A stretch of 64,000 bases of DNA from Azolla caroliniana. Lineage: Eukaryota; Plantae; Polypodiophyta. The notes below the pieces were generated by a model. It did not search any database, was not told where the DNA came from, and was given only the letters and a program-made list of their open reading frames with translations. The stretch spans positions 32,171 through 96,170 of the forward strand of contig JBHGNT010000086.1 in the NCBI GenBank assembly GCA_043228905.1. Reading direction: 5' to 3'. Numbering within the stretch: the stretch's first letter is position 1; each line of letters starts with the position of its first letter. Positions 49,110 through 61,721 of this stretch are shown one piece after another. A program made the translations under genes and the position numbers.

Positions 49110-49805
49110 ATCATACATGTATTCAATCATACACAGCCCATGGGAGATCTTAAATGCACACATACATGTATTAAATCACAGCCTATAGAAGATCTTAAAT
49201 ACACACAAACATGTATTCAATCATACACATGCACACACATTCGCAGCCCATGGAAGATCTAAAATACACAAATACATGTATTCAATCATACACATGTATA
49301 CACACACATTCCCAAATAAATGTATTCATCATACAACAAACACACACATTCATAGCCCAAAGAAGATCTTAAATACACACATACATGTATTCAACCATCA
49401 CACACACAAATGTATTCAATCATACACACAGAAATGTATTCAATCATACACATGTATACACACACATTCCCAAATAAATGTATTCAATCATACAACAAAC
49501 ACACACATTCACAGCCCAAAGAAGATCTTAAATACACACATACATGTATTCAACCATCACACACACAGAAATGTATTCAATCATACACACACAAAAATGT
49601 ATTCAATCATACACATGTGCGTGTATACATGTGTATTTGGGAATGTGCGTGTATACATTTCTGTGTGTATGATTGAATACATTTGTGTGTGTGATGGTTG
49701 AATACATGTATGTGTGTATTTAAGATCTTCTTTGGGCTATGAATGTGTGTGTTTGTTGTATGATGAATACATTTATTTGGGAATGTGTGTGTATACATGT
49801 GTATG
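49110..49805. repeat. ATGTATTCAATCATACAC minisatellite with a ~153-bp inverted copy (49653-49805 = reverse complement of 49287-49439)
   Basis: Read directly; the inverted copy ends where duplication copy 2 begins. Confidence 0.88.
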
Positions 49806-52683
49806 GAGATGTTGAAACCTGAACCGAACCGAACCACGAAACAGTTAAATCGAACCATTAAAAATATTCAAACTGTTAAGCCATTAGCCATTAAACTGGT
49901 AAAATCATGGTTTCGTAGTTCGGTTTCGGTTTTCAGCTTAGGTCTAATTTTAAATTTTAAAATATTATTATTAAATTTTAAAACTTCTCCCAAAATGTGA
50001 GAATAAGGCATGAAAATGAAAATATTATTTTAAAACTATTTTTTTTATTTTTTTTATTTAAAAAATATTTAAAAAATAAAAAATAAAATATTGTTAAACC
50101 GTTTAAACCGTAGTTTTAAACTATTGAAACCGAAACAAACCGTTTTAACTGTTAAGCCGTGGTTTCGCGGTTTGGTTCAAACGTTGCCGATTGTTATTTA
50201 CACCATTCACACTTTGTCACATTCTCTAGAATACAAAGTGCAGTAAGTAACCATAATATTGCGCTTGGAATGGCAATGCTACTAATAGTGACACGATATA
50301 CATCAGACCTCGATCTAGAATACGAAGTGTCAAACGAGAAAATATTGCACTTAAAGAAGGCAAATGCTAATCATAATGGCGTTATGCATCATAATTATAT
50401 CTAGAATGCAATGTGTTAAAACAAAATACTATTTCACTTTAAAAGGCAACATTAACAATGATGACGTTAACCATTAACCATAGACATGCAATAACATTAC
50501 GGATCATGATTCCACTATAATGCTTCTTGGCATTCCATTGATGGATGTAGAGTGTCAACGTAGCAAATATGTGATACCTTTGGGGGTTATGGAATGCAAC
50601 GAAACCTTAATGATTTTCTGATCGTTGTGTAGTTCATTAAACAAAGTCGTACATGATTGTGTAAGGATAAATGGCCTTCTACTTAGACAAATTCAGCTAG
50701 CGAATTCTTTGAGTGTTTTTAAACATCATAGGCATGTCATACATTAACATTCTGTAGTGGGGTTTTGAGTTATTCCAGCAGACACATAAAGTTACCACTA
50801 AAAAAAATGATTTGCCTTGTCACTTTACATACCTACAAGAACGAGAGGAAGAAAAGTGGGGATGAGGAAGCACAAATCAAAGGTTGCACATTTAGTTGGA
50901 TGGTATCATACATTAAGTTGAACACGAACAAAGCAGAAAAAACGACACAAAACTTATATTCCAAATGTTATAACAAAAAATAGGATAAACTCTAGAGCTT
51001 AGATCCAAAATGATACAAGGGTAGGATAAATCTCAATTACATGTCAAATGACCATTCCCCAAATGATGAACACAATGACCATCCCCAAAAAACGACCAAG
51101 ATCAAACCATAGAATGCAACAAAGAAAGAATGTAACATAAAACAACTGAAATCCCTCATTTGAATGGTTAGATGTACATGTATGTGGGTCAATAGAAAAA
51201 TGCTCATATTAAAGTTGACACATAACTGTGTGTCATGCTAGAATCATATATCCCTAAGTTATAGTAGACAATGACCCACGAATATTTGGCGATTTCCTCT
51301 TGGCTTATGAGTCTTGTCTTGCTCCTAGCACTCCTCTCATTGTTAGGCTCCCATTTTTTCATCATCTCTTCTCACTCCAACCACTTCCCTCACCCACATG
51401 CTTTCTTCTCGCTCTTAACACTCCTCTTGCCCATAGGCTTTCTTCTCACTCCTAACACTCATCTCACCCTTGGCCCTAATCTTGTTCCTAAAACTCCTCT
51501 TGCCCCTTGCTTTCCTCTCACTTCTTGTCCCTAGCCTCTCTTCTAAGTTCTCACCATTAACTCGCGTTATAACACAACAATTCATTGATTAAATTATTAA
51601 TTAAAATCAGTGAGGCCTCTCTCTTCCTTTTAATCCTTTATTTTCTCAACCCACAATAAAAAACCCTTTTCATTTATAGTTCAAGTGATACTGTTTTCGG
51701 TTGGGCACGTACAAACAAAACTTATTACCAAAGAAACTAATTTCTTCCATGTGTGCAGGGGTGAAAGTTACAAGTTACAACCCACAATTTGATAGTTATA
51801 CACTTTAACCAATTAAGCATTAGATTGCTTTTGTCCATTCTCCTCTTCCTATGCCAATAAACACCCATCATTAATAAGATAAGGGGCAAGGAAACAAGCA
51901 CGCTTGGACAACACAATACGAGAGATAATTGTATGTTGCGTAGTGGAAGGACGAGTCAATGCTAAGAAATAATATATTAATTCTCGATCTCAATGAGATA
52001 ATAAGAAGAAGGGCGGAGGCGTGATTATTCACCTCATAGGTGAGTCTCTTGTTCAAGTCCAAGATGGCCCTATTGCGCCAATGGGAATTAGGAGAAGCAT
52101 CAAAACAATTCACATATGCTCGACTTGGCCCAAGCACAACCTAAGTTAGTAGAGTGCAACCCTCACAAGTGGGTTGTTGCTCTTATGTAAGGGTTGGGTG
52201 CCTAAATGGCTAGGCAGTAATGGTAGTATCTCCTAAATTGGTGACTGCCTTAGCCTTCATTAAACTATCTATCTACACAGAGAGCCTCTGCCCATTCTCT
52301 CCTTTGTGGCGTGACGAGAGCGGTTTCCTTTACAAGCTAGGAACGATAACGTTGTCACATTCCCCAATCTAAATGGGAATCAGAACGGGGGGTGCGTGAT
52401 GATCTACGAACGGATGAACCTCCCAAAGGTCATCAATCTGCGCGAGCTAAGAACACCAGATTATATATACATATATATATCGTAGAGGCAGAGAGACACA
52501 CTTTGAACTAAAGTATGTGGTGTGGAGTGCAGGTACATAGTCCAGAATTCGACCGGGAGCGGGATCGGGGGGTTCCGAGGTAACGGGTGGTGGATAAGGG
52601 CGCCACGTGGCAGGGGCTGGGCTGGGCTATGTCGGACCACGTGGCATGTCATCTTCCCCAAAAGAGCTCTCTCAAAGAGAGAG
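49806..52683 (+). repeat. Copy 2 of the ~2.86-kb segmental duplication (contains the MsrA promoter)
   Basis: Colinear with 36195-39050. Confidence 0.95.
52592..52645 (+). promoter_or_regulatory. I-box plus two G-boxes upstream of MsrA (also duplicated at about 38959-39012)
   Basis: GGATAAGG, palindromic GCCACGTGGC and CCACGTGGC lie 100-150 nt upstream of the ATG. The I-box/G-box pairing is a known light-responsive module. Confidence 0.6.
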
Positions 52684-52743
52684 TGAGCGAGTGAATATGT
52701 ATGTAATGTATGTACATACATATAGTAGGCATCATCATCATCC

Positions 52744-55717
52744 ATGGAGATGAAGGCCATTTCTGCAAGCGCCTCCTCCATACGCCCAAATCTCCCCCTC
52801 GCCGCCACTTGCTGCTCCCTCTCCAATTTCAAGCGACTAAGCCGACTCTCTAACCCTAACCCTAACCCTAACCCTAATCCCAAATCTGCGTTCCTCAGCA
52901 ACCGCCGGAGCCTCACCTCCCACCCTAACCGTGGAATCCGCAGCAACATGGGTTCCTGGCTCGAGAAGGCATTCGGGCTCGGCACAGGCTCAGGGGTGCC
53001 TTCTGCATCGGCTTCGGCCGACTCGAGCATTGCGCAGGGCCCCGACGATGACTTGCCCCCTGCTGGACAACAGTTCGCTCAATTCGGCGCCGGATGAAAC
53101 GAGTCCCTGGAGTCACCAAAACGGAGGTAGGCTATACTCAAGGGATTGTTCACAACCCTTCTTATAATGCTGTCTGCAGCGGTAACACGGGCCACTCAGA
53201 GGTTGTCCGTGTCCTCTTCGACACCAACTCGTGCAGTTACGAGGATCTCCTCCGCACCTTCTGGGATCGTCATGACCCGACGACCCTCAATCGCCAGGTA
53301 AAATTCTAGTAAAAAACTCTCCTTATATGTCATCTCCTTGTTTTTTTTAAGATAGATTCTGCCTTTGTGATCGGATATGAAATGTTGCGCTTTGTGTTTT
53401 GACGGATTCAAGTATTGCTTAAGGTAAGACGTACCTTTGTTTTGATGGATTCAAGTATTGTTTAAGGTAGCTGTATTAACACTTAAGTAACCAGGTTTTG
53501 GCCTCTTTGAATTATCAACTCTTCCTATCATGTTGGTTACGATAATGTGTATTTTGATGTCGAGTAAACACACCGTTCAAAGGTTTAACTTCAAACTCCC
53601 TTGGTTTTTGTGGAATTTGTTTCTTGAATCAAGGATCATACCATATTTTGTTCTGTTTTAATCAGTACAATACCTCCTGTCATGTTGTACACACTTCCAA
53701 CCCTATGACCATGTTGAATTCCCTAGTATATCTCTCTGTTTGTCATTCTGAATGATGAAATCTTCCCAGTATATGTCGGAGAGGGGGTTAGTATGTGTAA
53801 GTGTTCAATATTACATGCCCTCAAAAACTCAGTTAAACCTGCCTTTTTTAGGTAAGATATTCATGAATTATATGTCGAGACTGTTTACTAATTAATCATT
53901 AAAATCATAAGTACAACTCCTTTACATTGTACCCTTTTGTATGCAAAAAGAAGTACGGAAAAAGAGGGATTTAAAGGATATCAATTAAATGTACAAATAA
54001 GGATCTAGGAGAACCACCTATTGTTGAACTCAGGTGATTAACAGAGTTACATCTCTCATGATGGAGACGCTTTTCATTGTAAATTGAACATGTTTGATTC
54101 TTACCATGACACCATTGCTGTAAATTGAACTTTTTCGCTTGATGATCTGATCTGATTGCAATTCTTTTATGATAATTAAAATACCATGCCTCCTGTTTTT
54201 TTTGCTTTTCACGAAACTTCTAGATTTGTTTGTAATTGACTTGGGGAATCAATATAAAAACCAAGGAGAGTGTGAATCCTTGTCACCCGGTATTGCCAGT
54301 CGTTGCACTAGAGAATTCTTTAGGGACCTTTGTAGGATGCCACATCTCAAATGTGGAGTTATCATGTCTACCGGGCTGCTTCTCATTGAGTGACCTTCCA
54401 TGCTTCTATCTCTTCTGACCTAAGGCTAAGTTGCATATCTTCGCTTGGTGTTGGCCAAGTTTAATTTTGTCTTATCTCTCGCTAGATGTGGAAAGGTTTC
54501 AACGGCTTGATCATTTGTGCAATTCGTTTGATCACTTCATGTTTAACCTATATATATGTGTGCGTAGATAGATAGATTTTATTATCATCCTCAGAAGTCA
54601 AATATGACCTATGGGAACACCGTGAATCATGTTCATGCAGTGTGAATGGAGTTATTAAGCAGCTCTTGATTCAAATCATCAAACATGTGTTGCTCAGTTG
54701 AGAGACTTGCAGGCAGAGACCAGAAGCTCATGCATGTTGAATCCATGCAATGCACATGGTCATCGAGTAAATTTAATCCCCGATGAATGTATTGATAGAA
54801 ATATATCTTTATCACTGGCGCACAACCTGAATATAAAAAAGAGAGAGCATAGTAAGGACTCCTTCTATGACCTTACCAATATATTCTTGCGGTGTTGTTA
54901 TTGCAAATCTCCCATTTTCAGCAACTCTTATTATTTTCCTTGAGAAGATTTGGTACCATTCTTATCCAGTACAAAAGTACTTTGTAGATGATGAGGATGG
55001 GGCATTAAGGTGTACCAATGTCCGGCAAAAAATCTATATAGAATTAAGGGGTGAAACATGATGTTGTTTTCTTTTATGTTTTAGTTTGATGTGACCATAG
55101 TCTTATCAGTGAGCATTAGAAAGATACTGAACCCCATGGAAACCTTGGATCAGAAGATGACGCAATGCAGATTATATACGTAGATGTACCAATATCAGGC
55201 TAAAAATCTTTATAGAACTAAGGGGTGAAACATGATGTGATTTTCTTTTATGTTTAAGGTTTATGTCATCATAGTCTTATCAGTGAGGATCAGAAGATGA
55301 AGCAATGCAGATTATATATGCTAAAGGATCAAAATGCATCATGATGGGCCATGATGAAAGGGATGAGTCTAGGCAATATCTTAGCTGTTTTTTTACCAGA
55401 TACCTTGTATGATTTGACAATTGTTTTGATGGTTGTATAAGTTTACAAGCTTGGTCTTCATGCAGGGTGGGGATGTTGGAACACAATACCGATCTGGTAT
55501 CTATTTCTACACCCCAGAGCAAGAAAAGATTGCTTTGGAATCCAAGGAACAACACCAACAAAAAATGAATAGGAAGATAGTTACGGAGATATTACCCGCC
55601 AAGAAGTTCTATCGGGCCGAGGAATATCACCAACAATATCTTGCTAAGGGTGGTCGTTTCGGATCGAAGCAATCGGCTGCGAAGGGTTGTAATGACCCCA
55701 TCCGATGCTACGGCTAG
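52744..55717 (+). pseudogene. MSRA: Plastid-type peptide methionine sulfoxide reductase A (PMSR4-like) with a disrupted active site
   Basis: Exon 1 52744-53297 and exon 2 55466-55717. Transit peptide, AQGPDDD...QFAQFGAG, then TGA and a frameshift with CFWGVELAFQ missing. Downstream [39 protein letters not shown] and [10 protein letters not shown] are intact. Confidence 0.88.
55008..55320. repeat. Imperfect tandem duplication in the MsrA intron
   Basis: TGTACCAAT...AAGGGGTGAAACATGATGT...CATAGTCTTATCAGTGAG occurs twice, as does GGATCAGAAGATGA.GCAATGCAGATTATATA. Confidence 0.75.
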
Positions 55718-58079
55718 AGACCTCCCAACCACATATATCATATATGGCACATCTTTTATTGGCTTGTTACAACATTTGTATAGATGAAAAATAATAACTA
55801 TTATTATTTTTGTTTGTTTGTTTGCAGACAGCAATGAAACACAACTTTCAATTACTTAAACGCGTGGTTTGATTTGGAAGAATGAAATGAGATTGGTTCC
55901 ATGTTTGTATGTGTATATATATGTGTGTGTGCGCGCTCGTGGATTTGGGAATTTTGATGAGGCCGTTATTTTTTCTGTGTGTTTTGTGCTTCTAAAAGAT
56001 TTTCTATCATGATTTGTTTACAGCTTATGGCTTAGGAATTGGAAATTTTTAGTATCCATCATATTTCAGTAATATGATTATATAGCCATACACACATGCA
56101 TGCATAAGCATCGTATATACTTCTATAGACATGGCACTTGTATATATGTGTGTATGTGTATGTATACATGGTTGTTGCAAGAGTGTTTTTTTTCCTTATT
56201 CTTTTGGCTTTGGCTAAAGTCAATGTGCCTAGAAGCTAGTTATTACTTAGTACTTACCTTAAAAACATGCTATTGAGATTTATTTTTTAATTTGTATTTT
56301 AGTCAAATCAGCACAATACTCCAAAGGAACAAAAGTGTCTGTCATAAAGAATGGAAATTGTGTTTGTTTATTGTGTCTATGTACATATTCAAACATAGTA
56401 AATCTTAAAGATTATTATGGAAATCGAGAAGACAATAGGTAATGAGGACATAAATGTTGAATTTGGTTCCTTAATGAAATGGATAGCTATTTTTTAGGGA
56501 TTACATCTTCCGGAAGCCACATTGCAAGCAAATCACATCCTTGGAGTCAATGTTGTGATGTTTGAGAGAGAGAGTGAGTGAGTGAGTGAGAGAAGATATG
56601 TATGATGTGTGGTATTGAAAGTGAGAAATTTGGCATGACTTGATGTTATGAAATACCAAATGCACTAGTCTCTCGTATAAGTTCTCGATTTCTTGATTGA
56701 GTTTAGCATATTTATTTGTCCCGATTACTTGAATGATATAAAGTAAAAAATGCAAAAGTGTTGCAAGAATTTTCAATGTGAATAGAATCCTCACACATGT
56801 GTGATATATGGAAGGAAATGAATAATTGATCTCTTGAAATAATGAAACTTATGTTGCACATTGTTTTGGATACAAACTTCTGCTAAATGTGAAACCAAAA
56901 ATGGGTTGCAAATAATTTGGTAAGGCCTTGTGAAGCCCTCTAACAGAATAAACATGCATATATCGTTTCAGGGATTTCAAGCACTACAAGTATATGCCAA
57001 ACTCTATACCAAAAAACATGTAACATGAAATGCATTTTCCTAATGACAACGGAAAGATCGAGTGCAATGCTAAGCAAAGGTAGAATGAGCATACCAAATG
57101 TGCAAATTGTGTGCAAATGTGCATTTATGTGATTATCAAAATCCTTTCGTCACACCTGCAAGTTCTCTATATATTGGGAACATGACAAACTTAAGGAAAT
57201 AATTTAAACATTAACCACCCTATTTATCATAGTGATCTATAAAACATAGGGAACTATTCTCCATTTTTTGAACTTTGGATGTAACGGTTTTGGCCTTCCA
57301 AAAGGCCCCACTAGCTACCTACATAATTCTTTTCCTTAATTCTCTTCTTTGAATGTATATGCCTATGTAAAGATTTCAAGTCATTTATTGATTTTGTTCT
57401 TTCTCCTCCTCTCAAGGGATATGTCTCGTGTTCTTTATAGTATGCAAGATGCATTTGTCTTAATAAAAGGATGAAGGGCTTTTAATCTTCCTTGTACATT
57501 TGTTTCCGTGCAATTAATGCTTTGAAAAATACGTAGGAATGAACCTCAAATTTTTGTACTGTTTAACACATCCATCTCACTACACTTAGTTTTTTTGCAA
57601 ACCTTTTGGCATAACTCTAGAAGATGGAGTGAGTAAGTTTGAGAGTAAAAATGAAAATCTCCTTGCACCTTGTCTAATATAGCTTTTACCCATCAATCAC
57701 TGACACACTATAATAAAGAACATCATGTACACTATATAATAATATGAAATTTGGGTTAGCCAGGTGTATGTGTGTATATAGTAGAGAGAGAGAGAGAGTT
57801 GTCCATTTGTCTTAAGACAATTTGTCGCAGTCAATGTTACAATTGGGTTCAACTGTTTGAACACCCATGACAATAATGTAAGCCATTCAAATACTTTCCA
57901 TTGGGAATTGAGACTAAGTATAATAGTCAATGGATTGCATTAGGTGCGGCGGAGCATAAGGATTATGCTAGATCCCATTCTTCTTTCCAATATATGTGAT
58001 ATCTTATGCATTATAATCAATGAACTTAATGGACAATTTGTGGTAGTTCAAAGTGATGCACCTCAGTATTTCATTATGT

Positions 58080-58284
58080 GGTCAAGGTCAACTGTGATGG
58101 GAAAGAATGATATGCTCACTGGAATGGGCTTTGGCGATGCTTATATCACATTCTCTATCTTGAGACACCACGATTTTTTCTGGGTAATTCATTATTTGGT
58201 CAAGGCCAACTATGATGGGAAAGAATTATCTCCTCAATGGAATGGGCTTTGGTGATGCTTATATCACATTCTCTATCTTGAGAG
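58080..58284. repeat. Two-copy tandem duplication, ~118-bp spacing
   Basis: GGTCAAGG.CAACT.TGATGGGAAAGAAT...GATGCTTATATCACATTCTCTATCTTGAGA occurs twice. Confidence 0.8.
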
Positions 58285-60849
58285 ATTAAGATTTTTGCTA
58301 GGTGACTTTAATATATATCCTAATGTGGTTCAATATACGTTGATAAATTGTTTATTGGATGCTCTAGAAATAGAGGTTGTAACTTGTTCATGGTAGATGA
58401 TGCATGAAGTTGGATTAAAGGAACATATCCTCTTTACACATTTAAATTTGTTGTATATAGATCAACATGAAGTTGGTTGAACCAACTATGCATTCTTGCT
58501 TGAAAAGTGTTGATAACATAGTTGGTGTTGAGCGTACGCCATCATCTGACCATTTTTCTATTGTATTAGAATGCATATAATAAATGATGGATGGGTTCCA
58601 AGTTCTTCCAACCTTTATTACGAAGGGAATCCCTTAAACTTAACTTTCCCTTTCTTTGACATGATAAAATTCTCAAAGTTATGTAGAAGAGTTTACAATA
58701 TCTTAAGGGATCCACATTGTTTTCATGCATCTAACATTAAACATTTTACTCACATTATGGAAATTTTCATGAATCAATATGCAAAGAAAGTATGGCATTA
58801 TCCAACATTTGTTAAACACACGTAATGTGATGTTGATGTCCCTCCTCAAATATGATGTATTGTTGGATATACAAGTCACATTGTCTCAAGCTCATCAAGA
58901 CCTTATGGTGCATGATCATCAACAATATTGTGTTATAGGCAGGATATAGAATGTAGATTATCATAATAGTTAGTACCCATAAATTCTTCCATCAGTTACA
59001 CGTCTCCCGTGTTGTGTTGAATGTGATATGCCAAGAGATAAGTAGTAATTTGAACACTAATACTCAAGAAATTAATTATAATTGTATTCAACATTTTTTG
59101 GCTTTTTTAGGTCATGAATACTTGCTTTATTATGAGATGAGACAAACATGACTAGAGTCTAGCATTATATCCATCAATACAAAATAAGGGTAACCATAAA
59201 ATCCTTATGATCTTGGAGGAAGATATAAATGAAGATTAAGTGGAGTGTTTCTTTTGAGGTATTTTTAATGATACAACCACCTTCCAAGATGGATTTGCAA
59301 ATGAGTTTGAACAACATGAAGGTCCTCTTGAAATATTATTCAAGAAGTTCGGGAATTTAGGAATATGATTGATTCATGGAAAGTTGGTCTCACAAGTTAT
59401 TACCCCTTCCACTAAAAGTTATAGTTCTTGTTTCCTTCGGAAACATCATCCATAATATTTAAAATGTGCAAATGGTTGTGGATTATGTTCATATATTCAA
59501 ACAAGTGTAAAGAATACTTGTTGAGCCCATTATTTTTTCCATTAATAGTTACATGATTCTTGTTATGATGCATAGCTTGATAGAATGTGGGGAAATTATT
59601 GGACTAGCTCTCTCGTTTTTGCAGACTACCAATAATTTAAGCATTATGAGATGATTCATTTACCTTCCTTGAAGTTCTTATCCATAATATGGTTAAAACC
59701 AATTTAAAGGTGAAACATAATTTCAATGGTGTGGGGGTTACACATCAATATGTGTAGCTTATTTCATGCACCTAAAGAGATTTGGTCGATCTTGGATCAC
59801 ATGGCCAAATATTGGAACAAGGTAATGTTTATCATCCGTGAAGTTACCCTATTTATGAAGATCAAATGGTTGCTCTAAGGTTTAGTCTCTTAAAGGCATT
59901 TGAAAACTTAAGTTGGGGCGATTGTTGAAAATTTTGTTATCTACATCGGTAAAATGAGGATTGGAGCTTCATGGTGATTTGTGGTCAAGTCATTTAAATG
60001 TTTTGAATCTTCAATGGTGATTGGTGAAGCGGCAAATGTTGGAGTGTGGACAATATTGTAATCCTCTATCAATTGAAGTATTTGTATGGTGAAGGTTGTC
60101 TCTTTAACTATGAAATTATTATTTTAGTACCATGGTACATTTATGCAAATCATGCCCTTCATTACTCCGTGAGAGAAGATTCATATACCTCCAAGATATG
60201 ATCATACATTGCCATCATTATCTACTTTGTCTATTGTTATCTCATGGTTTTTGTTTCGAAGTTGATGGAAAATAAAGAATGGAAAGATAAGTTCTTTTAG
60301 TAGGGGAAAAATGTTCCACACACAAATGTTCCTTCAATAGGTAATGGTGGGTATGCTACCTTTGGCATTTGCATCAAAATGTTGATACATTTCAAGGGAC
60401 ACATTTTTGTGTACAATTTTTGAGGATGATGCCAAGCCAATTATGTAAGTTAGTCAATTACTATCTTAGATATTGAAGCTTATGGTACAATTAGAGCATG
60501 AGCTTTGTGGAGTACTCCCCTTAACACACATGTATGTTGAAAAATGTCAATCAAAATGGTCAATCTACCTACTTAACATCCAACAAGAATATACCTCTTC
60601 ATTTCATTACTATGAAATCTAGATGGCAAACACCCTATAAATTGGTGAAACCACTCTTGCGCATACCAATGGAGTGGCTAGCTCACTTGGTTACCAACCT
60701 TTCATATCTCACTCTCACACTTGATAAACAATAAAAAATAGATGTAATTTATGTCCTCCATTTTTTATTAATCACTTCATTAATAATAAGGGAACCCAAG
60801 AAATCACTAGCCAACAAGAAATTTACTAATTAAATCAACCACAATCACA

Positions 60850-61652
60850 TAATTGATATGTCTTGAAGACTTACGATATCCTCCTTCCATTTCTTGTATA
60901 GTTTTTATGCGAATCATAATGAAAATGTTCTTGTTGTTTTAACAATGAGCATGGTTTGCTTTACTTTGTTGTTCCAACAAAAAAAGATCCTCAATAAGAA
61001 CTCACACAAAAACGGATGCCCATTTAGGTATGCTATTTATTGTGAACAATGCAAACGGTAGGACTCTCAAATATACAAAATTTGGACTTACTACAAATAG
61101 TTTTTTAGAAGATTTGGAATTGTGTTCCGGTTTCAATTGATAGAGTATAGGATGATCTGGCAAAATTCTCCCCTTGGTTTTCCGCTACTTTGGATGTACA
61201 TAATCATCTCCATAACTTGTTTAATGGAAGGATCTATGGATGGTCATTGACTTTGACAAGGTGACTTCACATGTGCAACCTATATGACTTTTCTTAACTT
61301 GTGGAAGCTGCGAAGCATATTCTTTTTTGGAAAAAAATATTAGTGCAATACTAGGTACTTACTACTTCGTCTTCCTTATCCTAACAATTACATTGTAGTT
61401 AAATCGAGGATGTTCACTATCCATCTAGAAATTCTCCCAACTAAATAAGTCTTGTCGACATGCTAGTAAGGGTTGAGATAACAAGATCAACTTGAAGCTT
61501 GATGTGTTAAAACTTACCATTAACTTTTTGAATGTGAGATCTCTTTCCATTGAATGAAGTGGATACCTTAGAATCTCTGTCATTCCCTTGTCATTAATAG
61601 ATTGTTCCTAACTTCTATGTGTACTTCCATAAAAATTCAATATAAACCAATG

Positions 61653-61721
<69 letters not shown>

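Larger units (their letters stand above)
39051..49805 (-). mobile_element. Mutator-like (MULE) element carrying a Ulp1-like gene, interrupted by a copia; right terminus missing or rearranged
   Basis: Lies exactly between the two duplicated copies. Contains MULE transposase fragments, a Ulp1 gene, subterminal repeats and internal tandem arrays. No matching TIR pair was found. Confidence 0.7.

Noticed and set aside
53750-55350. Box C/D-like motifs (TGATGA, CTGA) in the MsrA intron
   Set aside because: No convincing terminal stem or rRNA-complementary guide was recognised.
23588-55717. GLDP-TSC10-MsrA as a functional gene cluster (serine supply, sphingolipid synthesis, redox)
   Set aside because: Three housekeeping genes acting in different compartments; nothing in the sequence indicates co-regulation beyond adjacency.
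55830-55880. Possible SECIS (ATGA...AA...TGAT) in the MsrA 3' UTR
   Set aside because: Stem pairing is poor by eye and such motifs are common in AT-rich UTRs. Not supportable without a covariance search.
56400-60800. Faint RT-like fragments in the AT-rich region right of MsrA
   Set aside because: Too degenerate to assign strand, family or boundaries by eye; needs an HMM search.
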